Source of the DNA: an uncultured Alphaproteobacteria bacterium
GTDB taxonomy: Bacteria; Pseudomonadota; Alphaproteobacteria; Rhizobiales; Methyloligellaceae
NCBI GenBank assembly: GCA_963741155.1
Contig: CAVUHA010000010.1
Location: 620,322-684,321, forward strand
DNA: 64,000 nucleotides
Direction: 5' to 3'
The position numbers and the translations under genes were made by a program. The notes beneath the pieces were generated by a model, which worked only from the letters and a program-made list of their open reading frames with translations, searched no databases and had not been told where the DNA came from. This document shows, in pieces, positions 18,475-28,432 of this stretch. How positions within the stretch are numbered: the stretch's first letter is position 1; every line of letters starts with the position of its first letter.

Positions 18475-19857
18475 TCAGTCCTCCGCCGGCAGCCCAAACA
18501 GGGCCACGAGCTCGCTCAATTGGCTAAGCGGCTGAAGGGCGATGCCTGGCGCCGGGCGCACAGGCTCGTGCGCGGCTGGCACGACGGCGCGGGTAAAGCC
18601 GAGCTTGGCCGCCTCCTTCAGCCGCTGATCCATGTGAACCACGGCCCGGATCGCGCCGGTCAGGCTCACCTCGCCGAAATAGACAGTATCTGGTGGCGCC
18701 GGCCGGTCGGCGAAGGAGGAGAGAAGCGCCGCCGATGCTGCCAGGTCCGCGGCGGGCTCACTCAGGCGCAAGCCGCCGGCGACGTTCAGATACACGTCAT
18801 GACCGGCGAGCCGCACGCCGCATCGTGCCTCGAGCACGGCGATCAGCATGGCGAGACGGTTAGAGTCCGAGCCGACTACGGCCCGCCGCGGTGTGCCGAA
18901 AGTAGAAGGTGCCGCGAGCGCCTGCAGCTCCACGAGAATTGGCCGCGTGCCTTCCATGCCGGCGAACACCGCGGTTCCGGGCGCGCGGGTGTCGAGGTCG
19001 CTCAGGAACAGCGCGGAGGGATTTTCAACCTCCTTCAATCCCTCGAAGCGCATCTCGAACACGCCGATCTCGTCGGTCGGCCCGAAACGGTTCTTCACCG
19101 CGCGGAGGATGCGGAACTGATGGCCGCTTTGGCCTTCGAAATAGAGCACCGTGTCCACCATGTGCTCGATGACTTTGGGTCCGGCGATCTGACCATCCTT
19201 GGTCACATGGCCGACCAGGATCAGCGTCGAGCCGCTGGTCTTGGCGTAGCTCACGAGCGCCGCGGCGCAGCCGCGGAGCTGCGAGATGGTGCCAGGGGCG
19301 GCTTCAATGCCCTCGGACCACAAAGTCTGCACCGAATCGATGACGATGAGCGCGGGCGGCTCAGCGCTGCCAAGGCTAGCGATGATGTTGGCGAGATTGG
19401 TCTCGGTGCCCAGCGCCACCGGCGCCTGCTTCAGCCCGAGTCGTTCGGCGCGCATGCGAACTTGGGCGGTGGCCTCCTCGCCCGACAGGTAGACGACAGG
19501 GGCGCCGGTCAGGGCGAGCGCCGCCGCCACCTGGAGCAGAAGCGTCGATTTGCCGATGCCGGGGTCGCCACCCACGAGCACGGCAGATCCCGGCACGAGG
19601 CCGCCGCCCGCGACGCGGTCGAACTCGGCGATGCCGGTGGGGAGTCTCGGCGCGTCGATCGTGGCGGCTTGCAGGGTCTCGAAGCGTGCCGGCCTGCCCT
19701 TGCCGCCCCGGATCGCAATGAGCGGGGCGGGGCCGGAGGGGGCCGCGGCCTCTTCGGCAATGCTGTTCCACTCACCGCACGCCGCGCACTGGCCCGCCCA
19801 GCGCGGGGAAACCGCGCCGCAGGCTTGGCAGACAAAGGCTCGGGAGGCCTTGGCCAT
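18475..19857 (-). CDS. radA: DNA repair protein RadA/Sms
   Basis: Zinc finger CQACGAVSPRWAGQCAACG, Walker A GDPGIGKST, KNRFG motif, Lon-like C-terminus. Confidence 0.95.
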   Translation of the reverse strand: MAKASRAFVCQACGAVSPRWAGQCAACGEWNSIAEEAAAPSGPAPLIAIRGGKGRPARFETLQAATIDAPRLPTGIAEFDRVAGGGLVPGSAVLVGGDPGIGKSTLLLQVAAALALTGAPVVYLSGEEATAQVRMRAERLGLKQAPVALGTETNLANIIASLGSAEPPALIVIDSVQTLWSEGIEAAPGTISQLRGCAAALVSYAKTSGSTLILVGHVTKDGQIAGPKVIEHMVDTVLYFEGQSGHQFRILRAVKNRFGPTDEIGVFEMRFEGLKEVENPSALFLSDLDTRAPGTAVFAGMEGTRPILVELQALAAPSTFGTPRRAVVGSDSNRLAMLIAVLEARCGVRLAGHDVYLNVAGGLRLSEPAADLAASAALLSSFADRPAPPDTVYFGEVSLTGAIRAVVHMDQRLKEAAKLGFTRAVVPAAHEPVRPAPGIALQPLSQLSELVALFGLPAED

Positions 19858-19870
19858 GGGGGAGGGACGC

Positions 19871-21025
19871 CTAGCCGCCGCGATAGCGCCGCACGGCGCG
19901 GGAACCGAGATTGGTGAGGATCTCGTAGTCGATGGTGCCAGCGTGCGCCGCGAGCGTTTGCAGCGACACGTGCGGACCGATCACCTCGACCCATGCTCCG
20001 CGCCTGGCAAAATGCTCCGGCACTCCGGTCACGTCCACGGTGATCAGGTCCATGGAGACGCGCCCCAAGATCGCCGCGGGGTGGGGGCCGAGATAGACCA
20101 CATGCCCCTCCTCGTCATCGCCCACGGAAAGGGCCCGGAACAGTCCGTCGGCGTAGCCAACGGCAAGGGTCGCCACGCGGGTGTGGCGCTTCACAGTGCG
20201 CGTCGCGCCATATCCTACCGTCTCACCGGCGGGGACGTCGCGGAGCTGCGCGATGCGGGCGTCGAGCCGCAGCACGGGGGCGAACTCGCTATCCCCGTGG
20301 CTCCGTGCGCTCCCGCCATAAAGGGCGATCCCGGGCCGGACGACGTCGTAGTGAAAAGGTCGTCCCAAAAGAATGCCCGCGGAGTTGGCGAGGCTCGCCA
20401 GCGTCTTGGGCAGCCTCGCGCGCAGGCGGTTGAACACGCTGCGCTGCGCCTCGCTTTTCGGGTGCTCCGGCATATCGGCGCAGGCGAGGTGACTCATAAT
20501 GAGGGCGAGCTCCATAGCCGACCAGAGCGCGCTCTCTTCCGCTATCGCCTCGACCTCGGCGGCCGAGAGGCCGAGCCGGTTCATGCCGCTGTCGATATGC
20601 ACCGCGGCGGGCAGTTTCTTCTCCGCGCGCGCGCAAAAGGCCACCCACTCCCTGATCTCGGCGAGGCTGTTCAGCACCGGGCGCAGGTCGCTTGCACCGA
20701 AGCGGGCCGCGGTATCCGGGAACAGGCCGCCGAAAACGTAGATGGTGGCTTCGGGCAAGAGGCCACGCAACGCTTCCGCCTCGCCCAGCGTTGCGACGAA
20801 GAAGGTCTTGCAGCCCGCGCGCCACAATGCCGGCGCAACCTGCTCCATGCCTAGCCCGTAGGCGTCGGCCTTGACGACGGCAGCGCATTCGGCGGGAGCA
20901 GCGAGCGCTCCGAGGCGGCGGTAGTTGGCGGCGATGGCGTCAAGATCGATGGTCAGGAGGGCGGATGCCGCAGTCTCCTTCGCCCCCGCGCCCTCCTCGT
21001 CGCGACGCGGGGGAGCGGCCGTCAC
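19871..21025 (-). CDS. alr: Alanine racemase
   Basis: PLP-lysine context AVVKADAYGLG. Start set to GTG 21025, which overlaps the dnaB TGA (GTGA). The ORF-track start at 21181 lies inside dnaB. Confidence 0.9.
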   Translation of the reverse strand: MTAAPPRRDEEGAGAKETAASALLTIDLDAIAANYRRLGALAAPAECAAVVKADAYGLGMEQVAPALWRAGCKTFFVATLGEAEALRGLLPEATIYVFGGLFPDTAARFGASDLRPVLNSLAEIREWVAFCARAEKKLPAAVHIDSGMNRLGLSAAEVEAIAEESALWSAMELALIMSHLACADMPEHPKSEAQRSVFNRLRARLPKTLASLANSAGILLGRPFHYDVVRPGIALYGGSARSHGDSEFAPVLRLDARIAQLRDVPAGETVGYGATRTVKRHTRVATLAVGYADGLFRALSVGDDEEGHVVYLGPHPAAILGRVSMDLITVDVTGVPEHFARRGAWVEVIGPHVSLQTLAAHAGTIDYEILTNLGSRAVRRYRGG

Positions 21026-22509
21026 TCCCGGCGCTCCGGCAGACGCTGCTCCGCCGCGAGGTTGCTGAACCGCGTATATTCCGGCGTGAATTGGAGCGTC
21101 ACGGTGCCGGTCGGCCCGTGGCGCTGCTTGCCGATGATCACGTCGGCCTTGCCGGTGACCGCCTCCATCTCTTGCTGCCACTGCTTGTGCTCTTCGGTGT
21201 TCTCGCGCGGTTGCCGCCGCTCCACATAATATTCCTCGCGGAACACGAACAACACCACATCGGCGTCCTGCTCGATCGAACCCGATTCGCGCAAATCCGC
21301 GAGCTGGGGCCGCTTGTCCTCGCGATTTTCCACCTGGCGGGAGAGCTGGGAGAGGGCAAGCACGGGCACATGCAGCTCCTTGGCGAGCGCCTTCAGCCCG
21401 GTGGTGATCTCGGAGACCTCCTGCACGCGGCCTTCCGTCGCGCGCTTGGAGGAGCCGGACAGGAGCTGCAGATAGTCCACGACGATAAGCCCGACGCCGC
21501 GTTGCCGCTTGAGCCGCCTTGCGCGCGCGGCGAGCTGTGCCACGGTGATGCCGCCGGTCTGGTCGATATAGAGCGGCAGGTGCTGTAGCTCCTGAGACAC
21601 CTCGACGATGCGGTCGAACTCGTCCGATTCGATGCGGCCCCTACGGATGCGCTCGGACGGGAGGTAGGCCTGCTCGGAAATGATGCGCGTGGCGAGCTGC
21701 TCGGCCGACATTTCGAGCGAGAAGAAGCCGACCACGGCGCCGTCGAGCGTATTCTCGGAGTCCTGCTCGCCGCGGTGGTTCCGTGCCACGTGATAGGCGA
21801 TGTTGGTGGCAAGCGCCGTCTTGCCCATGGACGGGCGTCCGGCGACGATGATGAGGTCGGAAGGCTGTAGCCCGCCCATGCGGTGGTCGAGATCGGCAAA
21901 GCCGGTGGCGAGACCCGACAGGCCGCCATCGCGGCGATAGGCGTTCGCCGCCATGTCGATGGCATCGGTCAGCGCCGCGGAGAACGGCTCGAAGCCCGAG
22001 CCATATTTGCCCGTCTCGGCGATCTCGTAGAGCTGCTGCTCGGCGCTTTCGATCTGCAGCGATGGGGGCGCATCGATCGGCGAATCGAAGGCGGTGTTGA
22101 CGAGGGTCTCGCCGATCTCGATCAGCTGGCGGCGAATGGCGAGGTCGTAGACAGTGCGGCCATAGTCCTCGGCATTGATGATGGTCGTCGCATTGGCGGC
22201 AAGCCGGCCGAGATATTGCGGCACGGTGAGCTCGCCCGCCGCCTCGCCACCCTCAAAGTAAGTCTTGAGCGTGATCGGTGTCGCCCGTTTGCCGCCGAGG
22301 ATGAGCTTCGAGGCGGTCTCATAGATGCGGGCGTGGAGGGCGTCGTAGAAATGCGCGGCCTTCAAGAAGCTCGATACCCGGTCGACGGCCTCGTTATTGA
22401 CCAGGATAGCGCCAAGCAGCGCTTGTTCCGCCTCCAGATTATGGGGCGGGGCGCGAAAGGCCGGAAGGTCGGCCGGGGCAGGCCGCGCACGAATCAGAGC
22501 ATTGGTCAT
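21022..22509 (-). CDS. dnaB: Replicative DNA helicase
   Basis: PPHNLEAEQALLGAIL N-terminus, Walker A GRPSMGKT, DYLQLL motif. Confidence 0.95.
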   Translation of the reverse strand: MTNALIRARPAPADLPAFRAPPHNLEAEQALLGAILVNNEAVDRVSSFLKAAHFYDALHARIYETASKLILGGKRATPITLKTYFEGGEAAGELTVPQYLGRLAANATTIINAEDYGRTVYDLAIRRQLIEIGETLVNTAFDSPIDAPPSLQIESAEQQLYEIAETGKYGSGFEPFSAALTDAIDMAANAYRRDGGLSGLATGFADLDHRMGGLQPSDLIIVAGRPSMGKTALATNIAYHVARNHRGEQDSENTLDGAVVGFFSLEMSAEQLATRIISEQAYLPSERIRRGRIESDEFDRIVEVSQELQHLPLYIDQTGGITVAQLAARARRLKRQRGVGLIVVDYLQLLSGSSKRATEGRVQEVSEITTGLKALAKELHVPVLALSQLSRQVENREDKRPQLADLRESGSIEQDADVVLFVFREEYYVERRQPRENTEEHKQWQQEMEAVTGKADVIIGKQRHGPTGTVTLQFTPEYTRFSNLAAEQRLPERRE

Positions 22510-22716
22510 GGCTCAAATAAGCACATTGGCTGCGCGGAACCAGATGCCAGCCCTGTGGAGAACGGGGAGAGGGGGCTTTCGCTAACAAGAGCCGTATCAC
22601 CGCCGGCGGTTACCGGCCGGTGCAAGGGCTCATACGCCTCGCCACCGTCCTGCGGACGGCGTTCGTGCTCCATGTGCCGGCTCTGGTTGATGGGTCGATC
22701 GCGGTGCTGCCCGGCG

Positions 22717-23343
22717 CTAGCTGGATGCTGCCGCACCCTCCTCGGTCCCGGCGGTCTCCGTGCCCTCGTCGAGAGCAGCCTGCGCACCTTCCTCGAACAG
22801 CTGCTCGGCCGCCCGCCGCGCCGCTGCCGCCTCCTCTTCGGCGTCGTCCAGGGCCCTGCCTGTCACGCTCTCACCGCGCGCCTGCCGCACCGCCTCGTCC
22901 GGGGAGCGGGCGACATTGATCGTGATGCGGGGCTCGACCTCGGCATGTAGCCCGATACGCACCTCATGCAGGCCTAGGACCTTGATTGGCCGATCGAGCA
23001 TCACCTGCCGCCGCTCGAGGGAGAATCCGCCTTCGGTCACCGCGGCGGCGATGTCGCGAGTGGCGACGGAGCCGTAGAGCTGGCCGCCATCGCCCGCTTG
23101 GCGGATGATGACGAAGCTTTGGCCGTTGAGCTTGTCGGCCACGCCTTGGGCCTCGGATTTGAGCTCGAGGTTGCGGGCTTCCAGATGCACCCGCTCATGC
23201 TCGAAACGCTCACGATTGGCCTTGGTGGCGCGGAGCGCCTTGCCCTGAGGCAAGAGGAAGTTGCGGGCGAAACCATCTTTGACGGTGACGACGTCGCCCA
23301 TTTGTCCGAGCCTGCCGATGCGCTCGAGAAGGATTACTTGCAT
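22717..23343 (-). CDS. rplI: 50S ribosomal protein L9 with acidic/Ala-rich C-terminal extension
   Basis: [36 protein letters not shown]. Confidence 0.95.
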   Translation of the reverse strand: MQVILLERIGRLGQMGDVVTVKDGFARNFLLPQGKALRATKANRERFEHERVHLEARNLELKSEAQGVADKLNGQSFVIIRQAGDGGQLYGSVATRDIAAAVTEGGFSLERRQVMLDRPIKVLGLHEVRIGLHAEVEPRITINVARSPDEAVRQARGESVTGRALDDAEEEAAAARRAAEQLFEEGAQAALDEGTETAGTEEGAAASS

Positions 23344-23373
23344 GGTGAAGGACTCCTGTCCTGGTCCAAATAC

Positions 23374-24342
23374 TCATTCCGTACCGGGTGGCTGACCGCG
23401 CATCGCGGCGCGCTCGCGCAAGCGAAGCATCGGCTCGCTGAGGCCGATGACGGCGACGGCAATCGCCACCCAACCAAGAAGAACGATGCCCAAATAGACG
23501 GCGACGAGCAGCAGCCTGCGGAAGGGGAGCCCGCGGCTATAGACGTGCAGCACCGCCAGCCCCTGGAGCACGTAGGCAAAGAGCAGCGCGCCGGCCAGCC
23601 CGGTCGCAAGCAGGCCGACGAGGCCCGGCAGAAAGGACAGCAACAAGGCGCCGGCGAAAAGCAGGAAGAACGCGTTGGGAAGCTCAAGCGCGTCGAGCGG
23701 CGGCCAGGGCCGCAAGGCCCGGCCCGAGGCATCCACGATCAGCCCAGCCAGCCACAAGTTGAACAGCGTGATGGAGAACCAGACGACGGCAAAGGCGGCG
23801 GGAAGCGCCCGGGCCAGCACGCTGCTTACACTTGCGATGGCGTCCTCATTGAACAATTTGCCGTCGGGGTCGAGCTCTTTCAACGCGCTGTGCTCGAGAA
23901 TGGTCCTGATAGAATTGCGATAAGAATCAGCGTCGTAGCCGAGCATGAGCACCATGCCACCTGCGAGCAGCCCAGCGATCACGGCGCCCCAACCCACGAG
24001 GCGTCCGGGCGGATACCATTCCTGGGCGCCCGAGGATTGGCCCTTCGGCGTGGCAAGCGGCCGGGACAGAAGTGCGAGATAACAAAGCGTTGCGGTAGGC
24101 ACGCCGATGGCAAGCGCGAAAAAGGCACCCATAGTCGGGCCGAGCACGGCGGCCACAACGACGGTGCCCGTCAGCGCCGACAGGATCGCTGCGATTGAGC
24201 CCCAGCCAAGCCCGGCCAGGCAAAGCGGCAAGGGCGCGAGATAGAAGAGAATGCCGGCGAGCGCCGTCGCCGTTGCGGCCGAGGCAAACAGCGCGGCCGA
24301 AACGAGGCCGGAGCCGGCACCGATGAGGAGAGGTATTGGCAT
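23374..24342 (-). CDS. Multi-pass inner-membrane protein (DUF2232-like), in the position typical between rpsR and rplI
   Basis: At least 7 hydrophobic helices. The position within the rpsF-rpsR-rplI cluster matches what I recall for alphaproteobacteria. The family name is recalled, not searched. Confidence 0.6.
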   Translation of the reverse strand: MPIPLLIGAGSGLVSAALFASAATATALAGILFYLAPLPLCLAGLGWGSIAAILSALTGTVVVAAVLGPTMGAFFALAIGVPTATLCYLALLSRPLATPKGQSSGAQEWYPPGRLVGWGAVIAGLLAGGMVLMLGYDADSYRNSIRTILEHSALKELDPDGKLFNEDAIASVSSVLARALPAAFAVVWFSITLFNLWLAGLIVDASGRALRPWPPLDALELPNAFFLLFAGALLLSFLPGLVGLLATGLAGALLFAYVLQGLAVLHVYSRGLPFRRLLLVAVYLGIVLLGWVAIAVAVIGLSEPMLRLRERAAMRGQPPGTE

Positions 24343-24438
24343 TTGGTCGCTGTCCCGCCTCCTTATTAAGAGCGGTTAGGGGCCGTTGCCCCAACTTTCC
24401 CGTTCGGCCGAAGTCTACAACTCGCGCCCGAACCTCGC

Positions 24439-24684
24439 TTATTGAATGAGATAAGGCAACAGGCCGAGGAAACGCGCACGCTTGATGGCACGAGCGAGCT
24501 CCCGCTGCTTCTTGGCGGACACGGCCGTGATCCGGCTCGGCACGATCTTGCCGCGCTCGGACACGTAGCGCTGCAAGAGCTTCACATCCTTGTAGTCGAT
24601 CTTGGGCGCATTATCGCCGGAGAAGGGACAGGTCTTGCGCCGGCGGTAGAACGGCCTCCGCGCCGTGCTCTGCGTCATGCTCAT
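24439..24684 (-). CDS. rpsR: 30S ribosomal protein S18
   Basis: RRKTCPFSG...[25 protein letters not shown]. The start overlaps the rpsF stop (ATGA-type). Confidence 0.95.
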   Translation of the reverse strand: MSMTQSTARRPFYRRRKTCPFSGDNAPKIDYKDVKLLQRYVSERGKIVPSRITAVSAKKQRELARAIKRARFLGLLPYLIQ

Positions 24685-25208
24685 AGGGAGTCCTCCTCGA
24701 CCGCGTCAGCTCCGCCGGTCTCCACCAAGACATCACTCTCTACGCTCTCTATCCTCGGTGGGCGCGGAGAGAACTCGCGGTCCCGATCGCGTCTCGGCCC
24801 GCGGCGTCCATCGCGGTCGCCCCGGTCGCCCCGGTCACCACGGTCGCCGCGATCACGGTCGCCGCGGCCGTCGCGCTCGTCGCGATCGGCGCGGCGCATC
24901 ATGGCGGAGGGAGCCGCTTCGTGCTCATCGACCTTGACGGTGATGAAACGGATAACATCGGTGGAGAGGCGCTCCTGGCGCTCCAGCTCGGTAACCGCCC
25001 CAGGCGGGGCGTCGAGATTCATCAGCGCAAAATGCGCCTTGCGGTTCTTCTTGATGCGGAAGGCGAGCGACTTGACGCCCCAATACTCCGTCTTGCCGAT
25101 CGAGCCGCCGCCCGTCTCGATAATCGAGCGGAACGTCTGCAAGAGAGCCTCGACCTGTTGCGCCGACACGTCCTGGCGCGCGAGGAACACATGCTCGTAA
25201 AGAGGCAT
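24681..25208 (-). CDS. rpsF: 30S ribosomal protein S6 with Arg/Asp repeat C-terminal tail
   Basis: [20 protein letters not shown]...[21 protein letters not shown]. The tail reads [36 protein letters not shown]. Confidence 0.92.
   Translation of the reverse strand: MPLYEHVFLARQDVSAQQVEALLQTFRSIIETGGGSIGKTEYWGVKSLAFRIKKNRKAHFALMNLDAPPGAVTELERQERLSTDVIRFITVKVDEHEAAPSAMMRRADRDERDGRGDRDRGDRGDRGDRGDRDGRRGPRRDRDREFSPRPPRIESVESDVLVETGGADAVEEDSL
24781..24897 (-). repeat. Imperfect 9-bp (RGD/RDR codon-triplet) tandem repeat inside the rpsF 3' region
   Basis: The plus strand reads ...ggtcgcccc ggtcgcccc ggtcaccac ggtcgccgc gatcacggt cgccgcggc cgtcgcgct cgtcgcgat... Confidence 0.7.
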
Positions 25209-25393
25209 GAACAGCCTTTCCTTCTTCCTTCGGCTCCGGCGCTAAGCCTCGCATGGGCGCTTTAGAAGGAAAGGCCCAAGAGACCCCGTGGGAGCGGAGA
25301 CACGGGAGGACGGCCCTTTGTGACAAGGCCTGCCGCCTTTCCAAGCGGTCCTCCGTTCAGCCTCCGACCGGAGCGGTTGCGATAGTGTAGCGT

Positions 25394-25422
25394 CTTATAA
25401 GGGTTTGTCCGTGCTTTGCAAG
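25394..25422 (-). promoter_or_regulatory. Candidate sigma-70 promoter of the rpsF-rpsR operon (TTGCAA-17 nt-TATAAG), followed by a ~180-nt leader
   Basis: On the minus strand the -35 TTGCAA is at 25422-25417 and the -10 TATAAG at 25399-25394, with a 17-nt spacer. This is conspicuous in GC-rich DNA. There is no experimental support. Confidence 0.35.
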
Positions 25423-25454
25423 GCCACCGGATGCACCTCTGGCTTTGGCCGAGA

Positions 25455-25925
25455 CTAGTGCGGCGATACTTGGCCGGTGCATGGCACGGACTTGCTGTCC
25501 GTCACCGAGTAGGCCACGCAGTTATCGTTGGAATAGACCTCGATCACGTCGAACTTGCCGATCGGCGCATCGCTGTAGGAGGACTCGATGGTCACGGGAG
25601 TGAGCAGCGCCGCCGCCGTGTTTTGGGGAGCTCGGCCGCGGGCGTCGAAGGAGAAGATGCGGTCCTTGGGGTCTCCGAGGCGATAGGTGAGCTGCAGCTC
25701 ACTGTAGTCGGGGCTCGGGGCCTGAGCCTTAACCGTTATGGTTAGGATCGAGTTCGACTTGTCGATGACTACCGAGAGGTCGTCGACGTGGGAAAGCTCG
25801 ACAAGGGCCGGATCGGGCGGCGTCTTGGCCTTCCAGGGCCAGGGCAGCGGGTCGGCCGCGAGCAGCGGCAGGCTCACGGCCACGGCTGCCGCGGCGAGGG
25901 CTAAGGTGATGGGCAAGCGTCTCAT
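25455..25925 (-). CDS. Small secreted hypothetical protein (156 aa)
   Basis: SD GGGAGGA lies 5 nt upstream of ATG 25925. Signal peptide MRRLPITLALAAAAVAVSLPLLAADP. Two C-terminal Cys. No recognisable family. Confidence 0.6.
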   Translation of the reverse strand: MRRLPITLALAAAAVAVSLPLLAADPLPWPWKAKTPPDPALVELSHVDDLSVVIDKSNSILTITVKAQAPSPDYSELQLTYRLGDPKDRIFSFDARGRAPQNTAAALLTPVTIESSYSDAPIGKFDVIEVYSNDNCVAYSVTDSKSVPCTGQVSPH

Positions 25926-26098
25926 ACGGTCCTCCCTAAGCAACGGACGCAACTATTGATATGGAAACGGGCCTCCAGTCCAGGGGGTTGCATGAGGCTT
26001 GCGCCGGAACCCAGGGCTTGCTTGACAGCTTAGACGCAAACGGTGTCTTTGACCGCACTTTCCGTGAAACCTCATTCCCCGCGCTGCCACGTTTCCGC

Positions 26099-27043
26099 AT
26101 GAGCGTTGCTCTTATTTTTCCGGGTCAAGGAAGCCAAGCGGTCGGCATGGGCGCCGAGCTCGCCAAGGCCTATCCAGCCGCACGCGCCGTGTTTGCCGAG
26201 ATCGATGACGCGCTCGGCCAGCCTCTGTCCAAGCTGATGTGGGAGGGCCCCGAGGCCGAACTCACACTCACCGAGAACGCGCAGCCCGCGCTGATGGCCG
26301 TCTCACTTGCGGCATTGCGGGTCCTTACCGAGGAGAAGGGGTTCAAGCTTGCGGGCCGCGTCGCTTATGTTGCCGGGCACTCGCTCGGGGAATATTCCGC
26401 GCTGGCCGCGGCGGGCAGCTTGAGCGTTTCTGCCACGGCGCGTCTCTTGAAGACGCGCGGTCGCGCGATGCAGGAAGCGGTCCCGGTGGGAGAGGGGGCC
26501 ATGGCGGCGCTGCTTGGCGCCGACCTGCCGAAGGCCCAGGAGCTTGCCGCCGCAGCCGCCGAAGGCGAGGTGTGCGAGGCGGCCAACGACAATGCACCGG
26601 GGCAGGTGGTGATCAGTGGGACGCGCGCCGCGGTGGAGCGTGCAGTGGTTCTTGCTCCGAAATTCGGCGTGCGCCGGGCAGTGCGGCTTCCGGTGAGCGC
26701 GCCCTTTCATTGCGCGCTGATGCAGCCCGCCGCCGAGATCATGCGCGAGGCGTTGGCCGTGGTGAATATCAAGGCGCCGGCGGTGCCGCTTGTGGCCAAT
26801 GTGACGGCGGCGGCCATCACGGACCCGGAAACGATCCGCGCGAGCCTCGTTGCGCAGGTCATCGGCATGGTCAGATGGCGAGAGACGATGCTCTATTTGC
26901 AGGGCCAGGGCGTGAATACTGTGTACGAAGTGGGCGCGGGCCGGGTGCTCGCCGGCATCGCGCGGCGCTTTGAGGGGCTCGAGGCGAAGAGCGTGGGAAG
27001 CCCCGAGGAGCTTGAAGCGGCAGCGGCGGCTCTTGCGGCGTAG
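26099..27043 (+). CDS. fabD: ACP S-malonyltransferase
   Basis: MSVALIFPGQGSQAVGMG and active-site GHSLGEYSAL. Start moved to ATG 26099. Confidence 0.92.
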   Translation: MSVALIFPGQGSQAVGMGAELAKAYPAARAVFAEIDDALGQPLSKLMWEGPEAELTLTENAQPALMAVSLAALRVLTEEKGFKLAGRVAYVAGHSLGEYSALAAAGSLSVSATARLLKTRGRAMQEAVPVGEGAMAALLGADLPKAQELAAAAAEGEVCEAANDNAPGQVVISGTRAAVERAVVLAPKFGVRRAVRLPVSAPFHCALMQPAAEIMREALAVVNIKAPAVPLVANVTAAAITDPETIRASLVAQVIGMVRWRETMLYLQGQGVNTVYEVGAGRVLAGIARRFEGLEAKSVGSPEELEAAAAALAA

Positions 27044-27068
27044 CGGCGTCTAGAGAAGGAAAGCCTCA

Positions 27069-27806
27069 ATGTTCGATTTGACAGGGAAGGGCGCGCTCGT
27101 CACGGGGGCCAGTGGCGGCATCGGCTGGGGCATCGCGGAAGCTCTCCATGCCCAAGGGGCAAAGGTCGCGATCTCCGGCACCCGCGTTGAGCGGCTCGAG
27201 GAACTCGCGGCCAAGCTCGGCTCCCGGGTGTTTGTGCTGCCTTGCGACCTGCGCGACCGGCCGGCGGTGGTGAAGCTCGGCGAGGAGTCCGAGACCGCGC
27301 TGGGCCAGGTCGATATTCTGGTTAACAATGCCGGCATCACCCACGACAATCTGTTCATGCGCATGAAGGACGAGGAGTGGGACGACGTCATCCTCGTCAA
27401 CCTCACCTCGGTGTTCGTGCTGACCCGCGGGGTCCTGCGGGGCATGATGCGGCGCCGTTATGGACGCATCGTCAATATCGCCTCGATCTCCGGAGTGCTC
27501 GGAAATCCTGGACAACCGAACTATGCCGCCTCGAAGGCTGGACTCGTCGGCATGACGAAGTCGCTCGCGCGCGAGGTGTCCAGCCGCGGCATCACCGCCA
27601 ATGCCATCGCGCCCGGCTTCATCTCGACGCCCATGACCGATGCGCTGACGCCGAAGCAGATTGAGGGCATCGCCGCAGCAATCCCGGCGCGCAAGTTCGG
27701 CAAGCCGGAGGATATCGCGGCCGCCGTAGTGTTCCTGGCGAGTGACGAGGCCGGCTACATCACCGGCGAGACGATGCATGTTAACGGTGGCATGGTGATG
27801 GTGTAA
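27069..27806 (+). CDS. fabG: 3-oxoacyl-ACP reductase
   Basis: [21 protein letters not shown]. Confidence 0.93.
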   Translation: MFDLTGKGALVTGASGGIGWGIAEALHAQGAKVAISGTRVERLEELAAKLGSRVFVLPCDLRDRPAVVKLGEESETALGQVDILVNNAGITHDNLFMRMKDEEWDDVILVNLTSVFVLTRGVLRGMMRRRYGRIVNIASISGVLGNPGQPNYAASKAGLVGMTKSLAREVSSRGITANAIAPGFISTPMTDALTPKQIEGIAAAIPARKFGKPEDIAAAVVFLASDEAGYITGETMHVNGGMVMV

Positions 27807-28060
27807 TCCCTTGTTTGATGGGGATTTGCGCGTGCGACTTCAGGGATTTGGCAAATGGCCCAGGGCCCGCCCTCGGTTGTTGGCAAAGGCTCGGAAAGTA
27901 TGTTACCCAGGCAACCGCTTTGTGGGGGCTTGACAAAGATAATCCCACTCGCGTTCAACCCTTTGACTTGCCGCTCTGGGGTGCGTTAGGCCGTGGGCCG
28001 AAGCGCGGGGGATGTGCGAGGCCTATTAGTCTGACAAGCAGCAAAGACGGTGAGGCGGAC

Positions 28061-28300
28061 ATGAGCGATATCTCGGAGCGCGTGAAAAAGATCGTGGTGG
28101 AGCATCTCGGGGTGGAGGCCGACAAGGTCACCGAGAATGCGAGCTTCATCGACGATCTTGGGGCTGACAGCCTCGACACCGTCGAGCTCGTCATGGCGTT
28201 TGAGGAGGAGTTCGGTTGCGAAATTCCCGACGATGCCGCCGAGACCATCCTCACCGTGGGCGACGCCGTCAAATTTCTGGAGAAGAACAGCGCGGCTTGA
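28061..28300 (+). CDS. acpP: Acyl carrier protein
   Basis: [20 protein letters not shown], the phosphopantetheine-Ser motif. It is an internal ATG of track ORF 27815..28300. Confidence 0.97.
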   Translation: MSDISERVKKIVVEHLGVEADKVTENASFIDDLGADSLDTVELVMAFEEEFGCEIPDDAAETILTVGDAVKFLEKNSAA

Positions 28301-28432
28301 CCGGAGCTTGCGCGGACGTTGTGGGGCTTGGCAAAGACCGCTCCGGCCCCAACGTCGCCGGTCCCGCGCCGAGTAACTTAGCCCTCTGGGCTCCACTACC
28401 GGTTCCCTCAAGGATCACGTGAGTAGCGCGAG

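Noticed and set aside
18361-20854. 518-aa and 434-aa plus-strand ORFs (18361..19917 and 19550..20854)
   Set aside because: They are antisense to radA and alr, both of which have unambiguous motifs. Their composition is Arg/Gly/His-rich shadow-ORF composition.
22598-22622. GC-rich imperfect hairpin CACCGCCGG..CCGGCCGGTG downstream of rplI as an intrinsic terminator
   Set aside because: The stem is bulged and there is no U-tract on the transcribed (minus) strand. That is insufficient for a terminator call.
27930-27958. TTGACA-17 nt-GTTCAA as an acpP promoter
   Set aside because: The -35 box is perfect but the -10 box is poor. Several alternative alignments are equally weak, so I did not call it.
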